Of a stretch of DNA of 64,000 nt, positions 41,251 through 57,117 are shown in pieces. The notes below the pieces were generated by a model. The model had not been told where the DNA came from. It was given only the letters and a program-made list of their open reading frames with translations, and ran no database searches. The DNA is from the human T2T-CHM13v2.0 reference genome, Homo sapiens, in contig CP068257.2 of NCBI GenBank assembly GCA_009914755.4, positions 43,744,001 to 43,808,000 on the forward strand, read 5' to 3'. Within the stretch, counting starts at the first letter, position 1. Each line of letters opens with the position of its first letter. The position numbers were made by a program, and so were the translations under genes.

Positions 41251-43804
41251 GCTCGCAGGATCGCCAAGGCCAGGCTGGCTCCAAAGGCTTGGGTCCGGCT
41301 TCCTGGGGCCACTGGGTGCTCTCTGAGGCCGCCCATCACTGTTCGGGCCCTGGGGTGGGAGCTGGGCTGCAAAGTGGCCTGGACTTTATGTCCTGCCAGG
41401 TACAGTGTTTCCCTCAGCAGATTTATCAGGCGTTTTGGGTGTAAATGCCAGGAAGCCTGGCTGGCGCTGAAGGACCCTCCTCAAAGCCACGGATGGGCAC
41501 CATGCTTAGGGGAGGACCTGGGGCCACTTGGTTGCATTGTGAAATTTTCATGATTTTTAAACAGTTTTATTTTTTAAAATTACTGAAGTCCAACAGGAGC
41601 ATTATTCAGCATTTGAGGCCCCAGCCAGTACAGCGCTGCCTGGAATAAAAAGTAAAATGTCCCCCGGAACCCCAGCCCTCAGTTCTCCCTCCCTGGACCC
41701 CCCTCCTGAGAATCTTCTCACAACCTTGGCTTACTGACTCCACATTACGGCCGTGTCCCCGCTCTGTGGCCCGGTGGACGCAGGTAGCTTTGACTCAAAA
41801 CAGGAATTTGTTTCCATCCTTTCACGGTCACAAATAATAAAAAGCAGCTTCTGGACAACAATGAAGTTGAGATAAATACCAGGACCAGACCGGCCACGGG
41901 AGCCGTGGGTGAGCCGAGGGTCCCCCTCAGGACCCCTGCATCCTGCCTGAGTGTGCAGCAGCTCCCCCCGACAGGAGCGTCAGGGCCGGTCTCCTCCGAG
42001 TCTCCTGGCAGAGGCGTTGCTGTCGCAGCTGGCACTGTGCATGGCTGGCAGCAGAAGTCTGTGCTTGGCAGCCCTCGACACCTGCTGGATGTGTTTGCAG
42101 GGCTGGGCAGGCACCTGTCCCACGGCCCAGCCCCGAGGGTCTCGTGGCACCAGCCTGGCAGGACGGGCAGCAGGGAGTTAACGGGAGCCACTGCGAGGAC
42201 ACTGTGATCTCAGAGCTGCGTCATCGCTGATGGAAGAGGTGACGTCCCCTCCACAGAAAGCGCCTTTGTGGGCGACCCTGGCTCGTCCCCCTGCAGCCCC
42301 CACGCAGGTAGTGGGCTGCCCTCTCCCTCTCCCGGAGTCCCCTCGGGGCACCGAGAACAGACCCCTCCTTCATCCCTGCTGTCAGCTCATGACACCGGAC
42401 AATTTGGGTCCCAATTATATCTAGAGAACCAGGGGAAAGGTCACGTTGTCTAGACATTAATCCAGCACTGTGGCATTTTTTCCTGGGCCTGTATCCTGGC
42501 AACAGGAGGGCGAGTGGGGGCCCCAGCTCCTCCCCTCCTCAGAACCTTCTGGGGCTGGAGGTGTGGCATGTGCAGGGAAGGCAGCCTGGAGAAGGCGGTG
42601 CCCTTGGGCTGGGCCTGCAGTGGGCAGCCATGCAGGACTCCATGGGAGGAGAAACCACAGCTCTCGGCTGTGCTGGGGTGGGGTGAACAGTGGCGGGGAA
42701 CCTTGGGGAGCTGTGGATGGCCCAACCTCATTGGAAGCTGTGCGTGGCCAAGCTCAGGCACCTGCTCTGCCTCTCCCAGTCCTGCCTGTGTCTGTCCTGG
42801 TCACGGATTCCTACCTCTGTCCCAGGAGGGTGTGAGGACAGTCTGTGCCACTCACCCGTGTCTGCTCCGAGCCAGGAGACTCTGGCCACCCCCACCCCAC
42901 CCAGCCCTGCCTCGAGGTCCTGCACTGGTCCCTGCCCGGTACCGGGTCAGCTGGTGCCTGCCTGTCCTGCCCTGCACTCCTCAGGCTCCTCAAGGACAGA
43001 CGGACAGACAGGCACTCTAGAGAAGGGACCTTGGCCAGACGGCTTTGCCGCCCCCACCCCCATAGGTGCTTGCTTTGAGCCCCTTGCAAAGGTGAAGCCA
43101 GATCTGGGATCCCAGGGCCTGGTGCGGCTGGACATGGGAGGAGGGCCACGGTCACGCTTGCACGGGGCAGAGACTCCCAGAACCACAGGCCTCAGGAGAG
43201 CTGGGAAGGGAAGGAGAGGGCACTGCGGTGCCTGGAGAGCCAGAGTCCGCCCGTGTGGAAGTGTTGGGGGCTGTGTTGCAGTGACAGCCCTGGCGTCTCA
43301 GGAGCGGAGCAGGACACCGCGTTTCTGGCTGTGCAAGGCTCCACGCGGGTCAGCAGCCCATCCTGGCTTGTCATGCTGTTAATTAGATTGGAAAACCTCG
43401 GCCTTCCATTTCTTAAATTGCTCACTCCTGCAGTCCTCTTCTCTTGCCTGCAGGCCTGGAAGGTGTGGAGCGGGTCAGGTGGCTGGCAGGTTGCCAGGAA
43501 GGAAGCTCACACTGTTTCAGGGTTGGCCGGGTACTTGCCGTGCCTGCCTGGCACAGAGACCCTCATTCCTGCCACCTCCCAGGCAGTAGGCAGCCAGGTG
43601 GACCACCGAGTGGAGAGAACCTTTGAACACCTCAGCACCTGAGGCTCAGGGCCCTGTGACAGGACACAGCCCGGGGTCCCCCAGGGCCAGTTGCACCCCT
43701 CTGGAATTCCTGAGCACTGTGACTGTGACCTGTGTCATATGTGCGGCCTCTCAGCTTGCAACCCTCCATTCCTGCCTGTGGTGTGGTGCCATCTTCACCC
43801 CATT

Positions 43805-44045
43805 CCATGCCAACACACTCACACAGACACACGCTCGGGCCGATACGCACACATGGCTGTCACACACACAGGTTCACAGACACACAGGCTCACGCACACA
43901 CAGGTTCACATATACACAGCTCACACAAGCTCTCACACACACACGTTCACACACACAGGCTCACACATACAGGTTCACATACACATGGCTCACACACATG
44001 GGCTCACACACACACACACACATGCAGGCACACACAGGCTCACTG
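43805..44045. repeat. Imperfect CA-rich tandem repeat (~cacacacaggctcacacatacaggttcaca)
   Basis: Low-complexity 'cacaca..ggctcaca / ggttcaca' iterations. The ORFs on + repeat 'THTGSHTH'. Confidence 0.85.
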
Positions 44046-44116
44046 TGAGGTTTAATCTCAGCAAAGTCTGAGCACCTGGACTTGGCTCAGGGACCCTGGC
44101 ACACCCGCTTGCTCTC

Positions 44117-44200
44117 TGTCTGTAGAGGGGCAGGAGGCCCTGGGTTTGGTGGGCTCTGTCTGTAGAGGGGCAGGAGGCCCTGGGCTTGGTGGGCAGGCAT
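44117..44200. repeat. Tandem duplication, 42-bp unit x2 (ctgtctgtagaggggcaggaggccctgggtttggtgggctct)
   Basis: Two adjacent copies. Confidence 0.88.
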
Positions 44201-44545
44201 TTGGAGTGCGATGGCGGGGCCTCGCCTGTGGGCACTGAGGGTCTCACCTCTTCCTGCAGCTTTTGAAGGGATGGGAGGCTCCAGGATAGAGTTGCAGGAC
44301 AGAATAGATGGCAGAAGCCAGGAGCCGGGGCCTTTGCGTGGCTGCCTGGCCTGACGCACCTCGCGCCGTGCCAGGACCCGGGCAGGGCAGCAAAAGGCAT
44401 CTGTGAGTCGCCGTCCTGTGCGGGTCTCAGGGCACAGTGGGTGGCACGGGCTCTCCCAGCCGTCGGTTGGTGAAAAACGGGGCCTCCGCCCAGCACCCTG
44501 CCAAGGAAAGGGGAGGTAGCGGCCCCAGGTCAGGCCACTGGGTGA

Positions 44546-44949
<404 letters not shown>

Positions 44950-45084
44950 GAAGTGGTTTTAATGTCCCCACTTTTGACCACTTCTCCTTCTCCATAGGGC
45001 AAATCAAGCTTGGAAATGGTGTCCTGGAGCTTAAGGGAGTTGGAAACCATGGCTTATGTTCCATGGTGACATGGTTCTTGAGGG

Positions 45085-45170
45085 TTAGCTGGTCCAGTTC
45101 CCGCGTGTTGGCCGGTCTGGTCCCTGAGTGTTGGCTGGTCCACTTCCTGAGCGTTGGCCAGCTGCCCTTG
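45085..45170. repeat. 21-bp tandem repeat x ~3.5 (ctggtccagttcccgcgtgttggc / ggtctggtccctgagtgttggc...)
   Basis: Direct repeats of 'tggtccNNttccNgNgtgttggcc'. Confidence 0.8.
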
Positions 45171-47794
45171 CTGTGCTGGGGTACATTCCCCGAGCTTCCA
45201 CAGTTTCCCTTTCCTTGCTGCTGTATTCAGTGATTTGCAGAGAGAAAGGCGTGGAGCTCCACAAGCACCTCGGACGGCAGCAGGACCCTCCCAAAGCTGT
45301 GTCCACACACAGCTGGGCGCCCGCCCCCCGCCCCCCGCCCCCCGGAGGGCCCGGCTCCAAGGGTCATATGAGTGGATCTGGAGGTCGGCCTCTCTTGAAT
45401 CCCAGCCTCCTCGGGGTCAGCCCAGGTTGTCCCCACCCCCACCTGAGTTACTGCGGAACCAAGGGGCTCATGGCCATTGAGTGACTCCAGTTAATGCTGA
45501 ATTAGGTACCTCAGGCTTGAGTCAAATATTAACAGAGGAGGCCGGCCAGAGCTCCCCAGTGTTTGGAGGATAGCTTGGTTTTCTCCCTGAGTGCATTGCC
45601 CATACCGGGTGGAGGCAGTTCCGTCCTGCAGACTCCGTGGTTCTGAGTTGGAGCCCTTACTGGCCAGTTTAAGACCCTCTTGGAGCAGGGTTCTGCAGTG
45701 TCCTGGGGGCAGAGGCCTGACGCACTCAGCTGCTCGCCCAGGGCCCTCCTGTTGGGCATTTGGATTTGGAATCTGAGGCTGTAGGAGCAGCTGCCTCCCA
45801 GTGAATTCTGATGCACAGACAGGGGCCTGTCCTGCCAGCAGGTCCTGCAGACGGAGCCGGGCCAGGGTGCTGGGCAGTGCTGCGGGGCCCTGGTGGAAAC
45901 AGTCCCTGCAGAGGGTCCCGGGCACTGGTGCTGGGGGGAGGGTAGGGCTTAAGGAGGCCTCATGTCGGGACCCTGGCAGGCCACCCCACCTCCCGCAGTG
46001 CCCGGTCCGCCATCCACAGTGACACAGGGACACCTTCTCAGGTGGAGGAGGTGGCAGTCACGGCAATTCAGGAGCAAACCCAGGCTTCCTGTGCCTCTGT
46101 GGTGGGCCCTGGTGGTGTTGGCAGGCCCAGGGCACAGGCAGGCTCAGGGCTCTGCTGGGGAGCAGTGGGAGGCCCTCTCTGCAGGGCGGAGAGCCAGGTG
46201 AGGAGGTGTGTGGCGCAGGTAAACACGCCTGGAGCGCAGCTCTGCTGTGGGTTAGCCGTGGGTCTCTGGGCGAGGGTTCCCGGGATACAGACACCTGCCC
46301 CAAGGTGCCCCACAGAGGATGACCCCCAGGGCAGCCGTGCCTGAGCCTGCGTGGTCACCTCCCACAGTGCCAAGGCGCTCCCCCAAGGCCCCTGCGGCCC
46401 ACCTGACCAGTGGAGAACTCGCGAGCACTCGGCCAGTGGTGCCTCCAATTTGCAGCCTCCAATCCCTGGTCAGAGGTGTGACCTGACCCTGGACCAGAGC
46501 GCTGGGCCAGGTCCTGGTGGCTTCTGCCCTTCAGCTTGGAAGCTCCTGAAAACCGGCTCCCTTCCGGGGCAGCCCTTGGCCCCCACTGACCCTCCCTCAG
46601 TCCTAGGTGTGCAGTGGCGTGGGGACCCTGGGAGGCCCGTGGCGCAGCCCCTTCCCGCCTCCTGCCCGTCGGTTTCCATTGCTCAGGCACTGCCTCGCCC
46701 GCGCCTCTTTCTCCCAGACCTGAGCCACCGCTGCCAGGATCCTTCCCCAGCTGGTTTTCCTTCTCTTTGATGTGTTTCCACTGAGGGTCCAAACCGGTCC
46801 AGGCGCGGGTTCCAGAACTTTCTTCAGATCTCTCGCACCTGAAAATTTCCTCTGTAGCCATTCGCAGGAGGTTTCTCAGATGCCCCGGGCTCGGGGGCCA
46901 GTCAGTCTCATGAGGACGGGGTGGGTCTGACTTGTGGCATCGCGGCCTCTCCATCGGTGCTGCTGGGCCTGTGAGCCAATGGGTGGGCAGCACCACCCAC
47001 CGCCTCCTTCCTCACACCAGTCTTGGGCTGCGCAGAGCCCCAGCCATGTGTGTGCTGAGTGCAGTGTGACCGCGTCCGCCCGTCTCCCCGGACACGCCTG
47101 TTGGAGCCCCGGCCGTGTGTGTGTGTGTGCTGTGAGTGCAGTGTGACCGCGTCCACCTGTCTCCCTGGACACGCCTGTCAGAGCCCCAGACTGGGCTCCC
47201 CTGGAGGACCCTGGTGCTGACACAGAGTCAGCGGGTCCCTGGGGTCCCTGCAACTGTCCCCCAAGAGGTGTGCATGGAGGTGGACCCCCTGCCTCACCCT
47301 CGGGTGGCCCAAGGCCTCTGAAAACCGTCACGGCAGGGGTCACAACCCCACTCACCCACACCCTCCTGCATGAACACTGCACAGCTACCTCCCGTGGGCT
47401 GCCCTGTGAGGTGTGGAGCTGGGCTGCAGACTTGCACAAGGTGGGGTCCTGTGTCTGGAGTCAGAGGGTCCCTCTCGTCGTCCAGCCTCCCCGGCTCCTC
47501 AGGGGGAGGTTCGGGGCCTTTGGTCTCTGGACTTGGGCAGCAGAAAGGAAACATCCCTGGGGGCCTGTGGTGACCCCCATCCTCCCCAGGGTGGTCTGGC
47601 AGGGGACACTGTTTTCCAAAGCAAAGCCAGAGCGCCAAGGGCTCTCGGGATTCACGAGATCCACATTTATCCCAAGTTAGAACAGCACATCTGTGCGTGC
47701 AAACTTCATTCTGACTTCGGCCGGCTGTCCTTCTTGCCCAAAGCACCGTGAGGCCTCATCCCTGCATCCCTGTTGCTTCTTTCATGTGGGATGA

Positions 47795-48649
<855 letters not shown>

Positions 48650-50289
48650 TGAGGGGTCTGGGAGGGAGGCCTTGGAGGGTACCCATGCTGCTGGGACTGA
48701 TGCTCCCCGCGGTGGAAGGAGCTGCCTCTTGAACAGCAGGGGGCTGAGCAGAGGGGAGGGGATGCGGGGGTGCCGTGCACACAGGTGCTCTCAGGACGCA
48801 GGGGCTTCTCAGCCCTGCTGTCCCAGGGCTGCACTCCAGCAGGGCAGACTCCTGAGGTGCAGACACCCCAGCTTCACGCTCACACTTCTGGAAGGCGATG
48901 TCTGTGCGTTTGCTTTCTGCTGCAGTTTAAAAAGCCGGGCTCTCTCCGGAGCGTGTGTAGGGCCTGGTCACTGGAATATCTGGACTCAGTGTTAATGGCA
49001 GCCACGCTGGGGGCTGGGCCCAGCTTTCTGTTCTCCGTGTGGGTGCCATATCCACCTCCATCGCAGCCCTTTCTCTCTCGACCTTTTAAATCACAGTGTC
49101 ACCTCCCCCTGCTGTCCTGCCAGTGGCCCCTGGAGGCTTCTCCCCACCCCTTTCTTCTGGGGCAATTCTTAAGGCTGGCATTGAATCAGGAGGCCAGATG
49201 TGGCCCCTAGTAACTCACCAGCAGTCCCTGAGGCTTCTGGCTCCCCTGGCCCACCAGCCTCCCATGTCTGCCTCAGGCCTCTTGACCCGCCTGGCACTGA
49301 CCAGACTGTGTGCCCGGGTGCCGTGCCCATGGGCTCCGCCTCCCCCAGGCAGGCCCCCTCTTGCTCCGCGGCCACCCCTGCTCTTGACCTCACACCTCTG
49401 CGGTGTGTCTGGACACACCAGCACCACGGCGGGCGGGGAGCGGAATTCTCCAGGTGGGGTGGGCAGGCCGGCGGGTGTTGAGGTCTCTGTGCATGCTTGT
49501 GCGTACCCTGGACTTTGCCGTGAGGGGTGGCCAGTGCTCTGGGTGCCTTTGCCAGACAACTGGTCTGCCGGGCCGAGCATTCATGCTGGTCGCCATCACG
49601 TGACTCCCATGCGCCCTGGCCCTGGGGTTGGGTCTGCAGGACTGAGAACCAGCGGAAGGGGGGCGAGGCCTCGGGAATGCGCCGGCAACTGGCGATGAGC
49701 TCAGGCCTGACTAATGAGCCCAGGTGACTCATACACCCGGGGCCTGGATGAGTCTGACTGGGTCAGGACTTCCCTGCTTGTTCTGTCCTGGGAGATGTTG
49801 TCCCTGGCCCTGCAGAGCCGGGAGGACACGAGGCCTCCTGGGTCACAGCCAACGCAGCCTACTCCTGCCCACTGCTCGCGCCGGCCAAGGCCCGTCGGCA
49901 CCACCTCCTCCATGAAGCCTTCCTGACTGCCCCCATCCCTCTGTGGGCAGCTCGAGTGTGCATCTTGAGTGCTGTGCAGGTTGGGGTCCGGCGCTCCTGC
50001 AGGCAGGCGGCGTCTGGGCCTGGGGGCTCTCAGAGTTTGAGGAGCGTGTGGTGAGGGTGGCCTCGGGCCTCAAAGACGCAGCGCTGTGGGAACCGGGAGA
50101 CTGGCTGAGCCCGCTCTGAGGAAGGTGGGGCCAGGGGCACCCTCAGCTGACCCGGCGTGCAGGGGTGACCAGCCAGGCGTGGCCAAGGATGGGGTCTCTG
50201 GGATCAGGAGACTTCAGTAGCAGCCAGGACCGAGGCCACCAGTTTCCACCCTGGCATTTTCCATCTTTTGAAGGACTGGAAACGATTGG

Positions 50290-51036
<747 letters not shown>

Positions 51037-51710
51037 GAGACTACAGCTTTCTTTAACTGCATCCCTGGAGGGATCTGAGAGTCTCTTTCCCTGTCTCCTT
51101 TCCTTTGGAAAACATTTCAGCCAGGGCTCCCCAAGATGAAAGGCCAGAGTCCCAGGCATGGGCGTTGCAGGTGCACAGTTGCCACGGGGAGCTGTGGGTG
51201 ATGGTCGCTGTCAGCGATGGCTGCTGCAGGTCCCTGTGAGGAAGGGGCAGTGCCCACAGCAGGAGGAGAGGGAGTCAGCGGACGTTGATTGGCAGTGCCC
51301 GCCCATTCCATCATTCAGTCACCCACTGTGCACCCAGCACCCAGGCTCGGCTGCATAGAACATGGCCCAGGAAGGCTCCACTTCCTGTCTCCTCTTCTCC
51401 CCTCTCCAGTCTCATGATGGGGCTGGAGGCATCTTCTAGTTTTGAGTTCTGAGCTAATGAACATGCTCATGAGCAGGCGGCAGGATCCCAGGACGGTGGA
51501 GCTGGGAGCCTGACTGCGGGTGACGGACAGGCTCTGGCAGCCCCTGTCAGCATCCTCTCCAGGGCATGTGAAAGCCAGTGTGTCCTCAGCTGCCAGTGCC
51601 CCCTCCCCACCTCCTCTGGGCCCATGTGCACGGGACCTGGGCTCCCCCAACCAAGCCTGCCCGCCTTGGTTCAGCAGAACGGCTCCTGTCTCTACAGCGG
51701 TGCCAGGCCA

Positions 51711-52135
51711 GGAGTGCTGTGTCTGTGAAGCGGGGTCATGGTTTTGGGGCCCTCATCTCCCTCGCGCCCTCTCATTGGGGACCCCCCGTCTCCCTAGCGC
51801 CCTCTCGTCCTCTCCTGCATGTGCTGTGTCTGTGAAGCGGGGTCATGGTTTTGGGGCCCCCCGTCTCCCTAGCGTTCTCTCGCCCTCTCCAGCATGTGAA
51901 GTGGGGTCATGGTTTGGGGGCCCCCATCTCCCTAGCGCCCTCTCGTTGGGGACCCCCCGTCTCCCTAGCGCCCTCTCGCCCTCGCCTGCATGTGCTGTGT
52001 CCATGAAGTGGGGTCATGGTTTGGGGGCCCCCTATCTTTCTAGCACCCTCTCGCCCTCTCCTGTATGTGAAGTGGGGTCATGGTTTGGGGGCCGCCATCT
52101 TTCTAGCGCCCTCTCGCCTTCTCCTGAGCGTGTGG
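51711..52135. repeat. Complex minisatellite, ~75-bp core with ~107-bp higher-order variants, ~5 units (gtgaagcggggtcatggttttggggcccccgtctccctagcgccctctcgccctctcc…)
   Basis: Repeating 'ggggtcatggtttgggggcc...tctccctagcgccctctcg' blocks. ORF 51520..52158 shows 'KRGHGFGAP...LAPSRPLL' repeats. Confidence 0.9.
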
Positions 52136-53184
52136 AACTCTGTGGTGGTCAGAGCTAAGGTTCTGAATAGGTCGAAGCACCTCCCCGGTGCCTCTCACCC
52201 TGAATGCTCTGGGAGGACACAGCCTTTTCATAGGCTACGACTGACATGGCAGGAGGGGCCTGCCTGCCACCCGGGTCCTCTGCTGCCTGCTGCTTGCTGG
52301 GGAGGGGGCTCGAGACTGGGATCCTGGGCTTCTGCTCCAGCTGTGCCCAAGGGAGCTGCTGAGGAGGGACCGGGTGGGGCATCCACTCTGGGCAGGTTCA
52401 GGGTCATTCTTGGTGACCCCGGGTCCGGTTACAAAGGCTGATGGAGCGCGTGGGTGGCTGCCTAAGTCTCTGGAAGCCCAAGAATGTGGAGATGGCGCGT
52501 CTCGGCCCGGGGTCTCGTGGCTGGTCTGGGAGAACTTGCCTTTATTTCTAGGCAGGAGGCTGCACTGCAAGGGAGCGTCAGTGGCCCGGCTGGCTTTCCC
52601 CGGCCCTCAGCCCGCACTCGTCCACCAAAGCAAGCTCCTTTGTGGGGCTGCCCTGGGAAGCCGGGATCACGAGGCTCTGCCGGCCGTGGTCACCCCATGA
52701 GGCAGGGTCAGCTCGGGAGCAAGGCGGATCAGATGGAACAGAACACGTAGACCACCTCGCCCGCCCTTAGTCAGCTGGGCCATTGAAAATCAAGTCCGTA
52801 GAAAGACCTAGAAATAAGTCCCGGGGTGCCCTTGCCTGTTGACGGGCGGGCCGAGCAGGACTGTTCTCAGGCAGGCACTGGTCTCTTGGCTTCCAGGTGG
52901 TTTGTTTGCTGGTTTGAGGCTGGGGGTGACGCTCCTGTGCGGGAGGAGGTCGCATTCCATTCATAGCGGCTTATCTGGGCTGTCAGGCAGGCCTGGGAGG
53001 GAGCCTGCCTCTGTGCTCTCCAAGGGTGGGCGACGGACAGACAGGGTGTCCCACCCCTTCTGGGCCAAGGACAGAGGGTCAGTGTTTGCAGAGACCTGGG
53101 GAGGCCCAGGTGACCTCCACCGAGCACCTGCTGTGTGCAGGGCCAGTGCTGGCTGCAGAGACAGCGGAGCGTGTGTGGACCCGG

Positions 53185-53420
53185 CGGCCCAGGGGAGGGG
53201 GGCAGGCAGGACCCGGCGGCCCAGGGGAGGGGGGCAGGCAGGACCCGGCGGCCCAGGGGAGGTGGGCAGGCAGGACCCGGCGGCCCAGGGGAGGGGGGCA
53301 GGCAGGACCCGGCGGCCCAGGGGAGGGGGCAGGCAGGACCCGGCGGCCCAGGGGAGGGGGGCAGGCAGGACTCGGCGGCCCAGGGGAGGGGGGCAGGCAG
53401 GACCAGGCGGCCCTGGGGGT
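53185..53420. repeat. G-rich minisatellite, 31-bp unit x ~7.5 (ggacccggcggcccaggggaggggggcaggca)
   Basis: Highly regular. It generates the ORFs 52839..53585, 53026..53442 and 53135..53503 with 'GGGQAGPGGPGE' repeats. Confidence 0.95.
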
Positions 53421-55849
53421 CAGGGGTGGAGGCCAGGCCTAGACGGCCCACAGGAGGGTGGACTCATTCTGACCGATTCCTGGAAGCCCCCGGAAAGTGG
53501 TGATGTTCTGGAGGGCCCAGCAGACCCCAAGGCCCCCAAGACAATCCCAGCTGGCTCTCTGCGGCTCTCGGTGTCTGCCATTTGAGACAATTTGGGCACA
53601 GGCAGGGCAGGCCGTCGCGGACGGTCTAAGCCGCGCGCATTGGTGGGGGCAGCAGAGCCCCTGCTCTCAGCTCCTCGGGGTACAGCGGGGGTACCAGGCG
53701 GGTGAGTGGGTGGGTGGTCACTGCTCCTGCCAAGGGCAGCCCTGGTTTGGTTTGCACTTGCTGCCCTGGTGACGGCTGCTCTCATTCCTGCCCCATTGCT
53801 AACAAGGGTGTCATAAGCTACTTTCCCGGCCCACATCCTATTAAGCCCATGGAGACCCTCCCACAGCTGAGCCTGCTGTGGGCTGCAGGCCCTGGGCGGT
53901 GCCCACCTCGGTCCCCACTGGCCTCCTTCCAGCACTTTAGAGCAGACACAGGTTGGAGATAAGGAAAGTTCCAGAGCACAGACTGGAACAAGCCCCAGGC
54001 CTCTCCCTGCCCCAGCAGGGCCTCCCTGGATTTGGGGGACAGGTGCCCTCATGGGGGGTCCTGAAGGTCAGAGCTGGGGCTGGGGCTGGGCTGGCGGAGG
54101 TGGCCTTGGCGGAGGCCACATTCCAGGGTCTCAGTGAGAGTCTGTGGCAGGCAGCCTTGCAGATGCCGCTGAGGGACCCCCCACTTCATGTTGTGGGTGA
54201 TGTGGTCCATTGATTGCCTCCAGGTTTAAATCAGGTGGATATTTACCTAGCGGCCTCCTCTCCCTCTGCACAGGGCCTGGAGTGGGATGGACTGGGGTGC
54301 TCAGCTGGAGGCTCTGCAGACACAGCCCCCTGGGCTATGCAGGCCCTGCTGGGAGCCACATTGCCATTTTTCATCACCCACTTTTTGGGTGAGAACCCCC
54401 TCGAGTCCTAACATCTGCCGCATCTCAGAGCCTGTGGCTCCAGTCAGAGCGTCTGGACCATACTGCTGGGGTCAGAGCGCGGCAGGACAATGGCCAGTTT
54501 CTGTGTGATTGCTGGCGGGAATCTTGAGCCATTCCGTGGGTCCGTGGGCTGGGATCTGGAAGCTTCCTTGAAATGTCTCTGGGCACGTGGCTCTGTGGGT
54601 CAGGGTGGGACATGGCCCCGTAGCAGGCTGTCCTACAGCAAAAGCCTGCTCTGTGAGCCAGCCCTGTGCAGGCCTCCCTCGGTACAGCCGGGAGGGGCCT
54701 CACCCTCCACCCACAGAAATCAAGGCTGCAGAAGACAGATGCCTGTGCCAACCCCTCCGGCAGAGTTATGCCAAATGTCCCACTAAATTCACCCCTCTAG
54801 GGAGAGGTGCCTCCTGCATCTACTTTTCCTAGAATAAGTATGAGAAACCCCAAATAGGTTCTAGAAAAAACAGCAGTGTACACAGATGTTAATCCTCTTC
54901 GAAACTTGACTGAGTCATTTAGCCAAAGAAAACAGCAACAATGGCTTCATTTCGAGAGGGTCACGGACACCCTTTCATGTTTGATTCCTTCTGACCTTGT
55001 GAGTTTATAGAAGGACAAGGAGAGAGGGACGTGCTGGGTTTGTTCAGATGTGGACAGAAAGTTTGGATGATAGGACAGAACATTTAGTTCAATCTTTCCA
55101 CTTATGGCTCTTAAAAGCCCTTTATTTTTATAGGTAACATGCTTTAAACAAACTTTAAAATTTGAGGTTGCTAGTACCCATTGTGTGTGGATTGGACCAG
55201 CTCCATGAGAGTGGAGCCCGGGAGCCTCTCTGGTCGTCTTTGTGTGCGTCTGTGCCTGTGCCTGGTAGTAGTTCTGTCTGGAAGGTGAGCAGGGCCACAG
55301 AGCACCAAGAAAATACCAGGGACTTTGCAGGTCTCGGGTGGATTCAGGTTGATCCAACAGATGCCGGCCCAGGGCCTGCAAGGAGGCTCCTTTCGCGTGG
55401 CTGCCGTGGCCCCTGTGAGCTGGGCTTGTCCTATGAGAAGAGCTCCTGCAAGAACACCTTTTGAAGTCACCCCTGGGGGAGATGAGCTGGATGGCATTTG
55501 GAGCCCCCAGCAGCTCACATTCCTGAGCTCTTGGTCCCATGTGGGATTCGATAATTTTCTTTACACTGACAGGCAGCATCTCTTTGGCCAGCCGTGTGAC
55601 TGTTGGGTCATGTGTCTTCTCTGTGCCTCAGTTTTTCTCCCCTGCAAATGGGTTCACTGAAAGCACTGGCCAGGGGAGGGGCTGTGGCATGGCATGACAG
55701 GCTGAGGGGCACTGAGCAGGTGCCAGGAGCCAGGTGGTGTCAGGTGAGCCCCCCAGGAACCCCAGTTTTTGTGCACGGTGGGAAAGAGACCATCAGGGGC
55801 GGAGGGGAATGAACACCCACCCTTTGGGGGCTCAGGTGCCAAACAGATG

Positions 55850-56035
55850 TGTGTGCAGGTGCATGAGCCAGGTGTGTGAGCAGGTGCATGGGCCAGGTGT
55901 GTGAGCAGGTGCATGGGCCAGATGTGTGAGCAGGTGCATGGGCCAGGTGTGTGAGCAGGTGCATGGGCCAGGTGTGTGAGCAGGTGCATGGGCCAGATGT
56001 GTGAGCAGGTGCATGGGCCAGGTGTGTGAGCAGAC
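55850..56035. repeat. Minisatellite, ~25-bp unit x ~7 (caggtgcatgggccaggtgtgtgag)
   Basis: Regular copies. The minus ORFs repeat 'HLLTHLAHAPAHTPGPCTCSHIWPM'. Confidence 0.93.
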
Positions 56036-57117
56036 ACTTCCTGTGCAAGCCTGTGCTCCTGTGGCTCATGGGTGCATGATCCAGAAACCCAGAGGCAGTG
56101 GCTTCACCGGGGTTGGTGATATTCAAGCTCTTGCAGGAGGGGGTTGTGGCAGGGCAGGACAGAAGCATCTGACCAGAGGGTGCAGGGCCACAGCATTTCT
56201 GCCCTCGGGGACAGGCGGCCCGTGCTGGGACGGGCGCAGGAGCTCCTGAAACCTCTGTTCTCAGTTCAGAAACCAGGTACCTTTCCCATCTGACCCCCCA
56301 GGCAGCCATTAACAGGTCCAGGTGAGAGAGTCTGTGCATGAGACCTACTTTCCTTGCTCTCTCCGGGGGGGTTTGCAGCAGTTCTGAGCATCAGGCCAGA
56401 GGCTGGGACTCCCTGCCTGAGTCGGGGTGAGGGCTTCCCGTGGCTCTGTGAGCTTCAGAGGCTTGGCATGTACAAGCAGGGCTGTTACAACAGCCTTTAA
56501 AAAATCATGGAGAAGAACCCAGTGCATCTTCTCCTCAGAGGGTGGCAGAGGCTGAATGAATTTGCATCTGGACGTTCCACTTCCACCTCCTTCCTAACCA
56601 AAGACTGTATATGCAGGTGGTTCGTGGATGTATCTGGGCTGACTGGCAGTGGGGAGATGGGGGCTCCCCCACGTCTTGGCGGGGGTCCCGGTGGGTTGCA
56701 GCCCCCAGAGCCGGGCTTCCCGGAAAGGGGCATCGCTTCTCTCTTTTGGGCTGTGCTGGGGTCTCTCTGGTGAGGGGTGACCCAGGGCCTTTGAACAGCC
56801 GGTCCTAGACCAGGCCCTGGTTCCTGTGATGCTGACAGGCTGTGGCTTGAGAGCCTGGGTCAGGAAAGCCCAGTCAGAGGGGAAGCCGGGGGCTGGTTCT
56901 GACCCTGCATGGTTTCCTGAGGGACGTGCTCAGTGGGATTTGTCCCTGGAGCACCAAGGGCTGAAGGAAAGCCACTGCCCTGCTTTCTCGCAGCCCTGGT
57001 CCCCATTCTTCTGTGGGTGCAGGTGGGGATGGTGGGGTGAACCCGCCCTCCTGGGGACAGATATAGGGATGCCGGGATGCCGCACTGCAGGTGTGAGTCC
57101 TGGGAAGTGGGTAGGGG

